From the sequence record PZ154896.1: a stretch of 64,000 nt of DNA; one strand, 5' to 3'. The notes below the pieces were generated by a model. It had not been told where the DNA came from. It worked only from the letters and a program-made list of their open reading frames with translations, and did not search any database. The number at the start of each line of letters is the position of its first letter. Position 1 is the first letter of the stretch. This DNA comes from a phage. Shown one piece after another: positions 10,792-23,058 of the stretch. Position numbers and translations under genes: made by a program.

Positions 10792-13047
10792 TTAAAGCTT
10801 ACAAGCAGAACAATCTTCAGCTTTAGGTGTTTCTAATTCATAGTCATCTGTACCTGACCCATCACGAGTGTTATGATAGTAGAGGTTTTTTCCGCCAAAG
10901 TACCAGAAGTAAAGTAGATCGTCAAGCATTACTGACATTGGTACTTTACCTTTCTCAAATACTGCAGGGTCATAGTAAGTATTAGCAGAAGCAGATTGGC
11001 ACACCCATTTCAACATGATAGCAACTTGGGTCAAATAAGGTTTATTACCTTTCTTGGCAAGTTTCCACGCGTAGTCGTAAAGACTCATGTTATGTTCTAT
11101 ATTAGGAACAACCTGACGGAAGTTGCCTTCTTTAGATTCTTTAATACTTACTGGACCACGCGGGGGCTCAATCCCGTTTGTAGAGTTTGATACTTGGCTG
11201 CTTGACTCACAAGGCATGAGTGCAGACAACGTTGAGTTACGAATTCCGTGTTCTTTGAGTTCAGCTCGAAGTTCTTCCCAGTCACAGACGTAGTTCGGGG
11301 CTGCGATTTGGTCAATCTTTTTATTGTACCAGTCGATAGGTAATTCGCCTCTAGACCATTTAGTGTCTGAATAATACTCACAACATCCTTTTTCTTTGGC
11401 GAGTTTGATTGAAGCTTTGATAAGGCCATATTGCAATCTCTCAAACAATTCATGAGTCAAATCGTTAGCGTCTTCATATGAAGCAAAGTTAGAAGCTAAC
11501 CATGCGGCATAGTTCGTCACACCAACACCGAGGTTTCGACGCTTTTTAGCTTTTAAAGCTTCTGGAACCGGATAATCTTGATAGTCTAACAGGTTATCAA
11601 GTGCACGTACTTGTACTTCAGCAAGTTCATTAATTTTATCTTGGTCTTGCCAATCAAATTTATCTAATACAAAAGCAGATAATGTGCATAAACCAATTTC
11701 AGCATCAGGACCATTCACATCATTAGTTGGAATAGCGATTTCACAACATAAGTTACTCTGACGAATTGGAGCTTTTTCACGAATAAATGGAGTGTAGTTA
11801 TTCGTGTTATCAACAAACTGTGGATAAATTCGAGCAGTGCCAGAACGTTCAGTCATGAACAATTCAAAGAGTTCTAGTGCTTTGATTCTTTTCTTTCTGA
11901 TTGTTGGGTCTTTTTCAGCTTTCTCATAAAGCTCACGGAATTTATCTTGATCTTCAAAGAACGAGTAGTATAGTTCGCCTGACATTTCGTGAGGGCTAAA
12001 TAAAGTAATATAATCATTTTTACCAAGGCGTTCCATCATAAGGTCATTAATCTGAATTCCGTAGTCCATATGACGAATACGGTTTTCATCCACGCCTTTG
12101 TTATTTTTCAGAACTAATAGGTTCTCTACTTCTAAGTGCCACATCGGATAATACGCTGTAGCAGCACCACCACGAATACCACCTTGAGAACAAGATTTTA
12201 CTGCAGTTTGGAAATGTTTCCAGAATGGAATAACACCTGTATGTCGAACTTCACCCATACCGATCTTAGAACCTTCTGCACGAAGCATACCAACGTTGAT
12301 ACCGATACCAGCTCGTTTAGAAATATATTCAATAATTGATGCTGAAGTTTTGTTAATAGATTTTAACGAATCACCGGCTTCAATAACTACACAACTAGAG
12401 AACTGGCGAGTTGGAGTACGAGCACCTGCCATAATTGGAGTAGGCAATGAAACTTGATGAGTAGAAACGGCATCATAAAAACGAATAATATGTTTCAAAC
12501 GGTCATGAGTTTCGTCTTGATGTAAGGCCATACCAATAGCCATGATAGCAAACTGTGGAGTTTCATAAATCTTCCCAGTTGTTTTATCTTTAACTAGATA
12601 TTTTTCTTTAAGCTGCATAGCACCAGCATAAGTCAGGTCAAAGTCTCGTTCATGTTTAATCTGTGAATCGAGATAAATGATTTCTTCTGCTGAATATTGA
12701 GACAACAGCTCAGGGTCATATTTGCCTTCATTAACACAGTAAGAAATATGGTCGATAAAAGCAGGCGGTTCAAACTGTCCGTATACATCTTTACGAAGTG
12801 CAAACATTAGCCCTTTGGCGGCGACATACTGATAATCAGGTTCTTCGACAGAAATCGAGTTAGCTGCAACTTTAATACAAATCTTCTGAATATCTTTGGT
12901 GCTCATCCCGTCGACAAGATGGGGTTTAATTTCTTCGTACAATTCATATGGGTCAATTTGTGTTCCTTCACATTGCCAAGTTAAAACTTGAATAATTTTC
13001 TGTGCATCAAAATTTTGGGATACCCCACTGCTCTTAGTTACTTGCAT
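10792..13047 (-). CDS. nrdA: ribonucleotide reductase large subunit
   Basis: 751 aa; class I RNR catalytic motifs (SNLCCEI..., C-terminal CSACKL redox pair). Confidence 0.93.
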   Translation of the reverse strand: MQVTKSSGVSQNFDAQKIIQVLTWQCEGTQIDPYELYEEIKPHLVDGMSTKDIQKICIKVAANSISVEEPDYQYVAAKGLMFALRKDVYGQFEPPAFIDHISYCVNEGKYDPELLSQYSAEEIIYLDSQIKHERDFDLTYAGAMQLKEKYLVKDKTTGKIYETPQFAIMAIGMALHQDETHDRLKHIIRFYDAVSTHQVSLPTPIMAGARTPTRQFSSCVVIEAGDSLKSINKTSASIIEYISKRAGIGINVGMLRAEGSKIGMGEVRHTGVIPFWKHFQTAVKSCSQGGIRGGAATAYYPMWHLEVENLLVLKNNKGVDENRIRHMDYGIQINDLMMERLGKNDYITLFSPHEMSGELYYSFFEDQDKFRELYEKAEKDPTIRKKRIKALELFELFMTERSGTARIYPQFVDNTNNYTPFIREKAPIRQSNLCCEIAIPTNDVNGPDAEIGLCTLSAFVLDKFDWQDQDKINELAEVQVRALDNLLDYQDYPVPEALKAKKRRNLGVGVTNYAAWLASNFASYEDANDLTHELFERLQYGLIKASIKLAKEKGCCEYYSDTKWSRGELPIDWYNKKIDQIAAPNYVCDWEELRAELKEHGIRNSTLSALMPCESSSQVSNSTNGIEPPRGPVSIKESKEGNFRQVVPNIEHNMSLYDYAWKLAKKGNKPYLTQVAIMLKWVCQSASANTYYDPAVFEKGKVPMSVMLDDLLYFWYFGGKNLYYHNTRDGSGTDDYELETPKAEDCSACKL

Positions 13048-13135
13048 ATATTCCTCAGTATAGGTTGATAGACATTACTCCAAACGGGATAGTATTTATC
13101 CCGTTAATTTATTATACAACTTTTAAACTGAAGCG

Positions 13136-13390
13136 TTAATTATCCTCAGCAATAATTTCTTCGTATTCTTTAGGTGTCAAGACTGTGATATCGAAATAAA
13201 CCAACGGTTCTTTTTCTATACCGTAACCACCACAAAATTCACGATATTCATAAATTCGTTCGTGTGAATAACAAATGAATCGTTCACCTTTAATTGTGAT
13301 TTCACTATTCGGTGAAGGGATATCCAGTTCGGTAGGATTTTTCATTTCAAAAATTGTGGTGCCATATGAATTAATAAAACGTAAAATCAT
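13136..13390 (-). CDS. hypothetical protein (84 aa; nrdA.1-position)
   Basis: ORF track; between td and nrdA. Confidence 0.45.
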   Translation of the reverse strand: MILRFINSYGTTIFEMKNPTELDIPSPNSEITIKGERFICYSHERIYEYREFCGGYGIEKEPLVYFDITVLTPKEYEEIIAEDN

Positions 13391-13391
13391 T

Positions 13392-15077
<1,686 letters not shown>

Positions 15078-15079
15078 AA

Positions 15080-15343
15080 TTATTTCCTCAGATTTTTCTT
15101 AACAACTTTCCAATCAGCTTTAAACTGATCGACGTCAGAATGATAAATCCAGAATCCTGCACTTTCACCATCTTCGTAGAGTGGACATCCATCACATTCT
15201 TCGTTCCAACCCATTTCACGTAAAGCTTCTTCGGCTTGTTCAAGGAGTTCAGCGTCTTTACCAACTATGGTAAAGTACCATTTACCTCTAACTTCTGAAT
15301 CTTTGATGCTCTGGCGTTGCAATCTCATTTTATTCTCCTTCAC
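15080..15343 (-). CDS. hypothetical protein (87 aa; frd.2-position)
   Basis: ORF track. Confidence 0.45.
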   Translation of the reverse strand: MKENKMRLQRQSIKDSEVRGKWYFTIVGKDAELLEQAEEALREMGWNEECDGCPLYEDGESAGFWIYHSDVDQFKADWKVVKKNLRK

Positions 15344-15391
15344 TTTTATTTGATAGGGGACTACTATAACATAGCCCTATCTTGTTATAAA

Positions 15392-15784
15392 CTACTTTTT
15401 AAAAGTTTTTTGCAAAAGTTTGATGATTTCGTCGACGTTGGTTTCATCTACGATACAATGTATTTTTGTTACACCTAAAGCTATACCTTTGTTGGTAGAT
15501 TGAGGCTTTACTAAATCTACCTCAGTAAAGTATTTGAACTCGTCAGGATAAATCTCAAAATAAGTTTCAATTTCACCAGCGGCAGAACATACAGTACCGT
15601 CTTCCATAGTTACACTTACTACGTTTGGCGTATCGTCATCATAATCAGGTTCCATTCCGTTTACAACAAAACTAGGCCCGTGGAGTTCAATCAATTTTAA
15701 CATCTTAGCGTTATTGTGTGGCGCTTCTTGAACAAAGTCGTCTTTAAACAAAGGGTTAATGATATAAGATTTTCCGATTTTCAT
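15392..15784 (-). CDS. hypothetical protein (130 aa; frd.3-position)
   Basis: ORF track; own GTTTAC/TATTAT promoter upstream. Confidence 0.45.
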   Translation of the reverse strand: MKIGKSYIINPLFKDDFVQEAPHNNAKMLKLIELHGPSFVVNGMEPDYDDDTPNVVSVTMEDGTVCSAAGEIETYFEIYPDEFKYFTEVDLVKPQSTNKGIALGVTKIHCIVDETNVDEIIKLLQKTFKK

Positions 15785-15867
15785 TTTGATTTCCTCATGT
15801 TGTTGATAGAACTATAATATCACATCTATGGAAGAAGTAAACAACTTTTTTGACAATTTACAGATAC

Positions 15868-15891
15868 TCAAAAGGGAGACCGAAGTCTCCC
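15868..15891 (-). terminator. rho-independent terminator after gene 32 (GGGAGAC-ttcg-GTCTCCC)
   Basis: Same 18-nt hairpin as at 790-807; 7 nt after gene 32 stop; U-tract on minus strand. Confidence 0.75.
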
Positions 15892-15897
15892 GATTTA

Positions 15898-16797
15898 TTA
15901 TAGACCAGCTAACAGGTCGTCGAGGTCGCCATCATCAGAGGATGAGGTACTCATGAAGTCGTCTTCAGTTTTTGCAGAACTAAAGGCTTCCATGTCTTTA
16001 TCAAAATCGTCGAGGTCAGAAGCAACTTTATCTGCAACAGAAGCTGCGGCAGCTGCTGCACCACCAAGAGCGGCAGTACCAAGAACTTGAGTAAATTTAG
16101 TATTCAATTCTTCAAACGATTTGAACTTATCTTTAGAAGTCATTTCAGAAAGGTCAACCATTTGTTCGAACAATTCTTTCTGGAAAGATTCATCATCAAT
16201 GTTTGGAATCGCAGATTGATTCAGGAATTTAGATTCGTCGTAGTTACTGAAACCAGAAACCTGTTTAACTTTCAGCACAAAGTTAGCACCTTCCCATGGG
16301 CAAGTTACATCAACAGGAGTTTCACCCATTTCAGTATCGACTGCAATCATTGCATTAATTTTGTCCCAAATCTTTTTACCAAAACGGTATTTGAATACTT
16401 TACCTTCATTATCTGGAGCTTGTGGGTCTTTAACAACCAGGATATTAGCCCAATAAGAAGTTTTACGTTTCAGTTGAGAATATTCTGTTTTGTTTGTATT
16501 GTACAGGTCATTTTTACTAATGTACTGACATACCGGACAAGAGTCATAATCACCATGTGTAGATGAACAGGTTTCAATATACCATTTACCATTTTTCTTG
16601 AACCCGTGGTTAACAAGAATTGCAAACGGAAGTGCGTCATCTGTTTTTGCCGGCAGGAAACGAATTACCGCTTGACCATTACCGGATGCATCGAGTTTCA
16701 GCTTCCATTCACCTTTATCTTCTGAAGAGAAACCTTTGTTACCATTCAGTTTAGCCATCTGAGCTGCGAGGTCTGCGGTACTTTTACGTTTAAACAT
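15898..16797 (-). CDS. 32: single-stranded DNA-binding protein gp32
   Basis: 299 aa; near-identical to T4 gp32 incl. zinc site [14 protein letters not shown] and acidic C-terminus. Confidence 0.95.
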   Translation of the reverse strand: MFKRKSTADLAAQMAKLNGNKGFSSEDKGEWKLKLDASGNGQAVIRFLPAKTDDALPFAILVNHGFKKNGKWYIETCSSTHGDYDSCPVCQYISKNDLYNTNKTEYSQLKRKTSYWANILVVKDPQAPDNEGKVFKYRFGKKIWDKINAMIAVDTEMGETPVDVTCPWEGANFVLKVKQVSGFSNYDESKFLNQSAIPNIDDESFQKELFEQMVDLSEMTSKDKFKSFEELNTKFTQVLGTAALGGAAAAAASVADKVASDLDDFDKDMEAFSSAKTEDDFMSTSSSDDGDLDDLLAGL

Positions 16798-16866
16798 TTT
16801 ATTTGCCTTTATTTAGATTAATTAAATTTTACAGTTGGTTGCTACGACACTTATACCTCGTAGCTG
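16798..16866 (-). promoter_or_regulatory. gene 32 5' leader / autoregulatory translational operator (hairpin + AU-rich unstructured tract)
   Basis: Hairpin GCUACGA...UCGUAGC at 16841-16864 followed on the mRNA by UAAAAUUUAAUUAAUCUAAAUAAA before the RBS, as in the T4 gene 32 operator. Confidence 0.55.
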
Positions 16867-16874
16867 GTATGATT

Positions 16875-16882
16875 TATTTATA
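16875..16882 (-). promoter_or_regulatory. late promoter TATAAATA (gene 32)
   Basis: Exact TATAAATA on minus strand ~80 nt upstream of gene 32. Confidence 0.5.
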
Positions 16883-16911
16883 AAGTAATTTTAACACACA
16901 AGAAATAAAGC

Positions 16912-17565
16912 TTAATACTTACATGATTTGATTGTTTCTATGAACAATTTCTTAGCAGCATTTCCATCGATTTGAAGTATTTTTCGATATGCCTTTAATT
17001 TGGTAGAATAATTTTGCCAGACTAAGTTATCGGTGAGTTCGTCGTGCTTATCTATAATATTCAAAAATGAGTCCAACAATAAGAAAGTCTCAAATGAAAT
17101 TATATTGCTTTGTAGCAATTTGAATATGTAGCTCGACTGAACGTTGTTATTATAATCAAATATCTCTTGAAGCGCACTAACTTCAACTTTCTTACTGAAA
17201 TAGTAGATGTTACGTACATCTTCAGCAAACGTCTCTTTAGCTTGTTTGAGACGTCCAATATATTCCCTATAGAAAACTAATGCATCAGCGTCTGATATCT
17301 CACCAATCCATGCGTCTTGGTTAGCAACTAAGTTGCTTATGAATATCAAGGTGAGTTCCTTCAATTTATATTTCTCTGATAGTTTTTCAAAGAAATATTT
17401 ATCTCGGCGTTTTTGATACGCATTATCCGAAACACGCATGCACCAGTTATATTTGATTACGTCATACCGACCATTAAAATGTTGTTTGCACATCAAGTAT
17501 AGTTTGTATACCGATTTTCCGTTAATATAACGTTCTCCATCAGGAGGCATGCGTATTTTAATCAT
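16912..17565 (-). CDS. 59: helicase loader gp59
   Basis: 217 aa; strong match to T4 gp59. Confidence 0.9.
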   Translation of the reverse strand: MIKIRMPPDGERYINGKSVYKLYLMCKQHFNGRYDVIKYNWCMRVSDNAYQKRRDKYFFEKLSEKYKLKELTLIFISNLVANQDAWIGEISDADALVFYREYIGRLKQAKETFAEDVRNIYYFSKKVEVSALQEIFDYNNNVQSSYIFKLLQSNIISFETFLLLDSFLNIIDKHDELTDNLVWQNYSTKLKAYRKILQIDGNAAKKLFIETIKSCKY

Positions 17566-17900
17566 AATAAGAAATCTAACGTATTAGTTTTTTCACCACG
17601 AGCAACTGATGGGCGAAGCATGTTTTCGTCAATTGCTTCGCTTGTAATTTTTTCAACAATTCCTGTAGGAATAAATTTAGCAAATTGTGTTTCTGGAATA
17701 GAATTTTCTTCCAAGAAAGCAGTTGTTGCTTCTAAATAAGACATACCAAATTGTTCAACCATGGATTCGATAATAAATCCGTTTTCTTGTCGGTCAAGCA
17801 ATTTAGCGATATCATCTTTATCGTGTTTTACTGCTAATTCTTGTTCAGATAAACCGGCCTCATCAACCGGTTTAATATCACTTAGTGAAAACTGTGTCAT
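17562..17900 (-). CDS. 33: late transcription coactivator gp33
   Basis: 112 aa, same length and N-terminus as T4 gp33. Confidence 0.85.
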   Translation of the reverse strand: MTQFSLSDIKPVDEAGLSEQELAVKHDKDDIAKLLDRQENGFIIESMVEQFGMSYLEATTAFLEENSIPETQFAKFIPTGIVEKITSEAIDENMLRPSVARGEKTNTLDFLL

Positions 17901-18147
17901 AAAGCTCGACTACCTCTTCGTTTTCAGCTTCAAATTGGTCACGAGCGTCTTTATGATAAAGAGCTAACAAACGATTAAACATTTTTCCATCGACGCCAAG
18001 CTCTTCTTTAGCACGAGTACGAATGTCTTTAATCAGTTCATTATAACCAGAAATTTTAAGTTTGTTATCGGAAGCTTCCTTGACTAGTTTAGCCAGTTCT
18101 TCACCATGCACATCTTGATTAAATTCAACTGCTTCTTTCTTAGCCAT
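17878..18147 (-). CDS. dsbA: dsDNA-binding protein DsbA
   Basis: Internal ATG (MAKKEAVEF...) of track ORF 17878..18165 gives 89 aa as in T4 DsbA; T4 position between 33 and rnh. Confidence 0.65.
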   Translation of the reverse strand: MAKKEAVEFNQDVHGEELAKLVKEASDNKLKISGYNELIKDIRTRAKEELGVDGKMFNRLLALYHKDARDQFEAENEEVVELYDTVFTK

Positions 18148-18154
18148 GTTTACC

Positions 18155-19072
18155 TCAGAATTCATTAATTACACTTGTTAATTTAGAAAGACCAGATTTT
18201 ACAAAGTATGAATAAATCTTGCCTTTAGGTTGTGGTTTATATGAGTTATAATACTCTATAATGGTTGAAGCAATATTATCAGGGATATAATCAAAATCAA
18301 TGAGAACCAAATTTTCTTGATACCGTTTATATTCTTCTGCACTTAATAATACTTCAGCTTGAGAACGGTCATTAGCAATTGCTTCAATAATCGTTGTTTT
18401 CATGCTTGGAGTTCGTTCACCATCAACTCTGGTAAACCAGAAGTCGCCACGAACTCGAACCGATGCAACGCCGTCTTTACGGTCACCTTTAAGAATTTTA
18501 GTCATGCAATCAATTTCAGCAGAACCGTTCTTAATTTTAACCCATTTTTTCTGTGGTGGTGACCACTGTTTAACGTTAGGATATTTGTGTAATTGTGTAA
18601 AGTCACCATCTGATGCAACAATACATACCTTATGTCCAGCTAATGACAAATATTTAGTTAATACACCGATATGGTCATCCGCTTCATACTTGTCAATATC
18701 CATTACAACGTATGGCATGTATTTCTTAATCTCATCAACAACTTGACGGAGAGCAGTAAAATATCCTTCCCAATCCCACTTTGAAGCTTCACGATCGGTT
18801 TTACGATTTTTCTTGTAATAGTAAGCAAAGTCACGACGCCAATAACCTGAAGTAGCATTATCCATACACAATACAAATTTTGTATAACCTTGCTTACGGA
18901 ACATAACTACGTTTTTACGAATTGAATTCAAGATTACATGGCGAACCATCGGAACAGTAATTTTATCGCCGTCTTCAAAGTTGTTTAATGCGGCTGCTAA
19001 TGCAATGTTACTAAAGTCGGCAAGTGCAATACCTTCTTTGTAATCTTCATCCAACATCATTTCTAAATCCAT
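18155..19072 (-). CDS. rnh: RNase H / 5'-3' flap exonuclease
   Basis: 305 aa; MDLEMMLDEDYKEGIALADFSNIA...; strong match to T4 RNase H. Confidence 0.92.
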   Translation of the reverse strand: MDLEMMLDEDYKEGIALADFSNIALAAALNNFEDGDKITVPMVRHVILNSIRKNVVMFRKQGYTKFVLCMDNATSGYWRRDFAYYYKKNRKTDREASKWDWEGYFTALRQVVDEIKKYMPYVVMDIDKYEADDHIGVLTKYLSLAGHKVCIVASDGDFTQLHKYPNVKQWSPPQKKWVKIKNGSAEIDCMTKILKGDRKDGVASVRVRGDFWFTRVDGERTPSMKTTIIEAIANDRSQAEVLLSAEEYKRYQENLVLIDFDYIPDNIASTIIEYYNSYKPQPKGKIYSYFVKSGLSKLTSVINEF

Positions 19073-19136
19073 ATGAACCTCTGTTCAGTTAGTCAACTTG
19101 ACTATAGTAACATACTCATTTGAAAGCGTAAACTGG

Positions 19137-19144
19137 TATAAATA
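19137..19144 (+). promoter_or_regulatory. late promoter TATAAATA (gene 34)
   Basis: Exact TATAAATA 30 nt upstream of gene 34 start. Confidence 0.6.
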
Positions 19145-19174
19145 AGTATTATTGAAACAATAAAGGAAAAACGA

Positions 19175-22100
19175 ATGGCCGACATCAAACGTAAGTTCAG
19201 AGCCGAAGACGGTCTGGACGCCGGTGGCGACAAGATTGTTAACGTAGCATTAGCCGACCGTACAGTAGGTACTGATGGCGTAAACGTTGACTTCCTGGTA
19301 CAAGAAAACACCGTTCAAGTATATGATTCTACGCGCGGATATAACAAAGGATTTGTTGTTCTTTATGACAACCGTTTATATCAAGCAATAAATGATATCG
19401 TGTCTCCTTCCGGGGCATTTAACCTTTTACAATGGCGTGCAGTTCGTACTGATGCACAATGGATAACTGTCGCTTCCGGGACTTATCAACTTTCTTCAGG
19501 TGATTCTATTTCGGTTAACACTGGTGCCGGCAATGATATGGTTTTCACATTGCCAAATGCGCCGGTTGATGGTGATACTGTTGTTTTGGCTGATATTGGT
19601 GGAAGAACCGGGACAGTTAAAGTACAGATTAACGCGTCTGTGCAGAGTATTTTAAACTTTAGAGGTGAACAAGTTCGTACAGTTTTAATGACGCGCCCAC
19701 GTTCACAACTATTGTTTGTGTTTAGTAATCGTTTGTGGCAGATGTATATTACCGATTATGGTAAAGAATCAATCACTGTTACACCTGCGACACCATATCA
19801 AGCACAAGCAAATGATTTTATCGTTCGTCGTTTTACTAGTGCAGCACCAATCAACATTACACTTCCACGTAATGCTAACAATGGTGATATAATCAGCCTA
19901 ATCGATTTAGATAGATTAAACCCACTGTATCATACAATTGTTAAAACATTTGACGATACAACGTCTATTGGTGAAGTCGGGACTCATATTGCCGAAGGCA
20001 GAAATGACTCTGACGCGTTTTTTGTTTTTGATGCTGCAAATAGTTTATGGCGTATATGGGAAGGCGACCAGAAACCGCGTCTTCGTATTATCCGTGCGGA
20101 TTCAAATATTCGTCCAAATGAAGAAGTTCTTATTTTTGGCACAAATAACGCTACAACCGGAACTATTAATCTTACGCTACCTACCGGAATTTTGAGTGGT
20201 GACACTGTTAAAATTTCAATGAACTACATGCGTAAAGGCCAAACAGTAAAAATTAAAGCTGCCGAAGGTGATACAATTGCTTCTTCTGTTGCGTTGCTTC
20301 AGTTCCCTAAACGTTCTGAATATCCACCTGATGCTCAATGGGTCTCTGTTACTGAACTAGAATTCAATGGCACTACTTCATATGTTCCTGTATTAGAATT
20401 ATCGTATATCGAAGACACCGTTGCTGGTACACGTTATTGGGTTGTGCAACAGAATGTCCCTACGGTAGAACGTGTTGATGCTGGAACTGATGCTACACGA
20501 GCTCGTTTAGGTGTTATTGCTCTTGCTACTCAAGCGCAAGCAAATGTTGATTTAGAGAATACTCCAGCTAAAGAAGTTGCTATTACTCCTGAAACGTTGG
20601 CAAATCGTACAGCAACTGAAACTCGTCGTGGTATCGCCAAAATTGCTACAACAGCACAAGTTAACCAGAATTCCACAGCAACATTTGTGGATGATACTAT
20701 TGTTACGCCTAAAAAACTAAATGAGCGTACAGCAACTGAAACTCGTCGCGGTCTTGCTGAAATTGCTACTCAGGCTGAAACCGATGCTGGTCTTGATGAC
20801 ACAACGATTATTACGCCTAAGAAATTACAGGCACGTCAGGGTTCCGAAACACTATCGGGTATAGTTAAATATGTATCGACTACTTCTGCTACTCCTGCTG
20901 AAACTCGTGGGGCTGCAGGCACTAACGTTTATAATAAAACCGTAAATAATTTAACTATTTCTCCTAAAGCCCTTGACCAATATAAAGCAACTTATGCCCA
21001 ACAAGGTGCAGTAATTTTAGCTATTGATAGTGAAGTAATTGCTGGACAATCTCAGTCTGGATACTCTCATGCTGTAGTAACTCCTGAAACACTACATAAG
21101 AAAACTTCTACTGATGGACGTATTGGTTTAATTGAAATTGCTACGCAAGCAGAAACTAATGCTGGGACTGATTATACACGTGCAGTAACGCCTAAGACGT
21201 TAAATGATAGGAGAGCGACGGAAGGATTATCCGGCATAGCCGAAATTGCTACGCAAGTTGAATTTGATACTGGAACTGATGATACTCATATCTCGACTCC
21301 ACTGAAAATTAAAACTCATTTTGATTCTTCTGACCGTACCAGTGTTAATTCTGATTCCGGACTTATTGAAGAAGGAACCTTGTGGAACCATTATACTCTT
21401 GATATTTCTAAAGCAAATGAAACACAACGTGGTACACTTCGCGTAGCGACCCAGGCAGAATCTAATGCAGGAACTTTAGATGATGTTCTTATTACTCCTA
21501 AAAAGCTTTTAGGGACTAAGTCCACTGAAACGTCTGAAGGTGTAATTAAGGTTGCTACTCAGGCTGAAACTGTAACAGGAACGTCAGCAAATACTGCTGT
21601 ATCTCCAAAAAATTTAAAATGGATTGTACAGAGTGAACCTACTTGGGCTGCTACTACGGCGATAAGAGGTTTTGTTAAAACTTCATCTGGTTCTATTACA
21701 TTCGTTGGTAATGATACAGTCGGTTCTACACAGAACTTAGAGCTATACGAGAAAAATAGCTATGCAGTATCACCGTATGAATTAAACCGTGTATTAGCAA
21801 ATTACTTGCCATTAAAAGCAAAAGCTGCTGACGCAAATTTATTAGATGGCCTAGATTCATCTCAGTTCATTCGTAGGGACATTGCACAGACGGTTAATGG
21901 TTCACTAACCTTAACCCAACAAACGAATCTGAGTGCCCCTCTTGTATCATCTAGTACTGCTACGTTTGGTGGTTCGGTTTCGGCAAATAGTACATTAACT
22001 ATTTCTAACTCTGGAACAGCAACTCGTCTGATTTTTGAGAAAGGACCTCAAACTGGAACTAACCCAGCACAGACGATGACTATCAGAGTTTGGGGAAATC

Positions 22101-23050
22101 AGTTTGGTGGCGGTTCAGATACAACACGTTCTACTGTATTTGAAGTTGGTGATGAAACGTCTAATCACTTTTATTCTCAACGTAATAAAGCTGGGAATAT
22201 AACGTTTAGTATCAATGGTACTGTGATGCCGATAAATGTTAACGCTTCAGGTTCTTTGAACGCGAACGGCGTTGCAACATTTGGTAGTTCAGTTACTGCT
22301 AATGGTGAATTCATCAGCAAGTCCGCAAACGCATTTAGAGCTATTAGTGGTGATTACGGATTCCTTATTCGCAATGATGGCACTAATACCTATTTTTTGC
22401 TAACCCATCCAGGAGGCCAGACCGGCGGATTTAATGGATTACGTCCTTTGGCTATTAATAATGCATCTGGTCAAGTAACGATTGGTGAAAGCTTAATCAT
22501 TGCCAAAGGTGCTACTATAAATTCAGATGGTTTAACTGTTAACTCAAGAATTCGTTCTCAGGGTTCTAAAACTGCTGATTTATACACTCGTGCTCCTACT
22601 GCTGATACAGTCGGATTCTGGTCAATCGATATTAACGATTCAGCCACTTATAACCAATTCCCGGGTTATTTTAAAATGGTTGAAAAAACTAATGAAGTGA
22701 CTGGGCTTCCATATTTAGAACGTGGCGAAGAAGTTAAATCTCCTGGTACATTGACTCAGTTTGGTAATACACTTGATTCACTTTACCAAGATTGGATTAC
22801 TTATCCAACGACACCGGAAGCACGTACAACCCGTTGGACACGTACATGGCAGAAAACTAAAAATTCTTGGTCAAGTTTTGTTCAGGTATTTGATGGTGGA
22901 AACCCTCCTCAGCCATCTGATATTGGTGCTTTACCTTCTGATAATGCAACAATCGGAAACTTGACAATAAGGGATTTCTTAAGGATTGGTAATGTCCGCA
23001 TTATTCCAGACCCTGTGAATAAATCTGTTAAATTCGAGTGGATTGAATAA
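19175..23050 (+). CDS. 34: long tail fibre proximal subunit gp34
   Basis: 1291 aa; T4 gp34 length and position; internal ATETRRG/TPKKL repeat motifs. Confidence 0.92.
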   Translation: MADIKRKFRAEDGLDAGGDKIVNVALADRTVGTDGVNVDFLVQENTVQVYDSTRGYNKGFVVLYDNRLYQAINDIVSPSGAFNLLQWRAVRTDAQWITVASGTYQLSSGDSISVNTGAGNDMVFTLPNAPVDGDTVVLADIGGRTGTVKVQINASVQSILNFRGEQVRTVLMTRPRSQLLFVFSNRLWQMYITDYGKESITVTPATPYQAQANDFIVRRFTSAAPINITLPRNANNGDIISLIDLDRLNPLYHTIVKTFDDTTSIGEVGTHIAEGRNDSDAFFVFDAANSLWRIWEGDQKPRLRIIRADSNIRPNEEVLIFGTNNATTGTINLTLPTGILSGDTVKISMNYMRKGQTVKIKAAEGDTIASSVALLQFPKRSEYPPDAQWVSVTELEFNGTTSYVPVLELSYIEDTVAGTRYWVVQQNVPTVERVDAGTDATRARLGVIALATQAQANVDLENTPAKEVAITPETLANRTATETRRGIAKIATTAQVNQNSTATFVDDTIVTPKKLNERTATETRRGLAEIATQAETDAGLDDTTIITPKKLQARQGSETLSGIVKYVSTTSATPAETRGAAGTNVYNKTVNNLTISPKALDQYKATYAQQGAVILAIDSEVIAGQSQSGYSHAVVTPETLHKKTSTDGRIGLIEIATQAETNAGTDYTRAVTPKTLNDRRATEGLSGIAEIATQVEFDTGTDDTHISTPLKIKTHFDSSDRTSVNSDSGLIEEGTLWNHYTLDISKANETQRGTLRVATQAESNAGTLDDVLITPKKLLGTKSTETSEGVIKVATQAETVTGTSANTAVSPKNLKWIVQSEPTWAATTAIRGFVKTSSGSITFVGNDTVGSTQNLELYEKNSYAVSPYELNRVLANYLPLKAKAADANLLDGLDSSQFIRRDIAQTVNGSLTLTQQTNLSAPLVSSSTATFGGSVSANSTLTISNSGTATRLIFEKGPQTGTNPAQTMTIRVWGNQFGGGSDTTRSTVFEVGDETSNHFYSQRNKAGNITFSINGTVMPINVNASGSLNANGVATFGSSVTANGEFISKSANAFRAISGDYGFLIRNDGTNTYFLLTHPGGQTGGFNGLRPLAINNASGQVTIGESLIIAKGATINSDGLTVNSRIRSQGSKTADLYTRAPTADTVGFWSIDINDSATYNQFPGYFKMVEKTNEVTGLPYLERGEEVKSPGTLTQFGNTLDSLYQDWITYPTTPEARTTRWTRTWQKTKNSWSSFVQVFDGGNPPQPSDIGALPSDNATIGNLTIRDFLRIGNVRIIPDPVNKSVKFEWIE
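20533..21600 (+). repeat. in-frame degenerate repeats within gene 34 (..TPE/KTL..R.ATE.RRG.A.IATQAE.. units)
   Basis: Motif T(P)(E/K)(T/K)L..R(T/R)ATE recurs at least 6 times in the translation. Confidence 0.5.
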
Positions 23051-23058
23051 GAGGTATT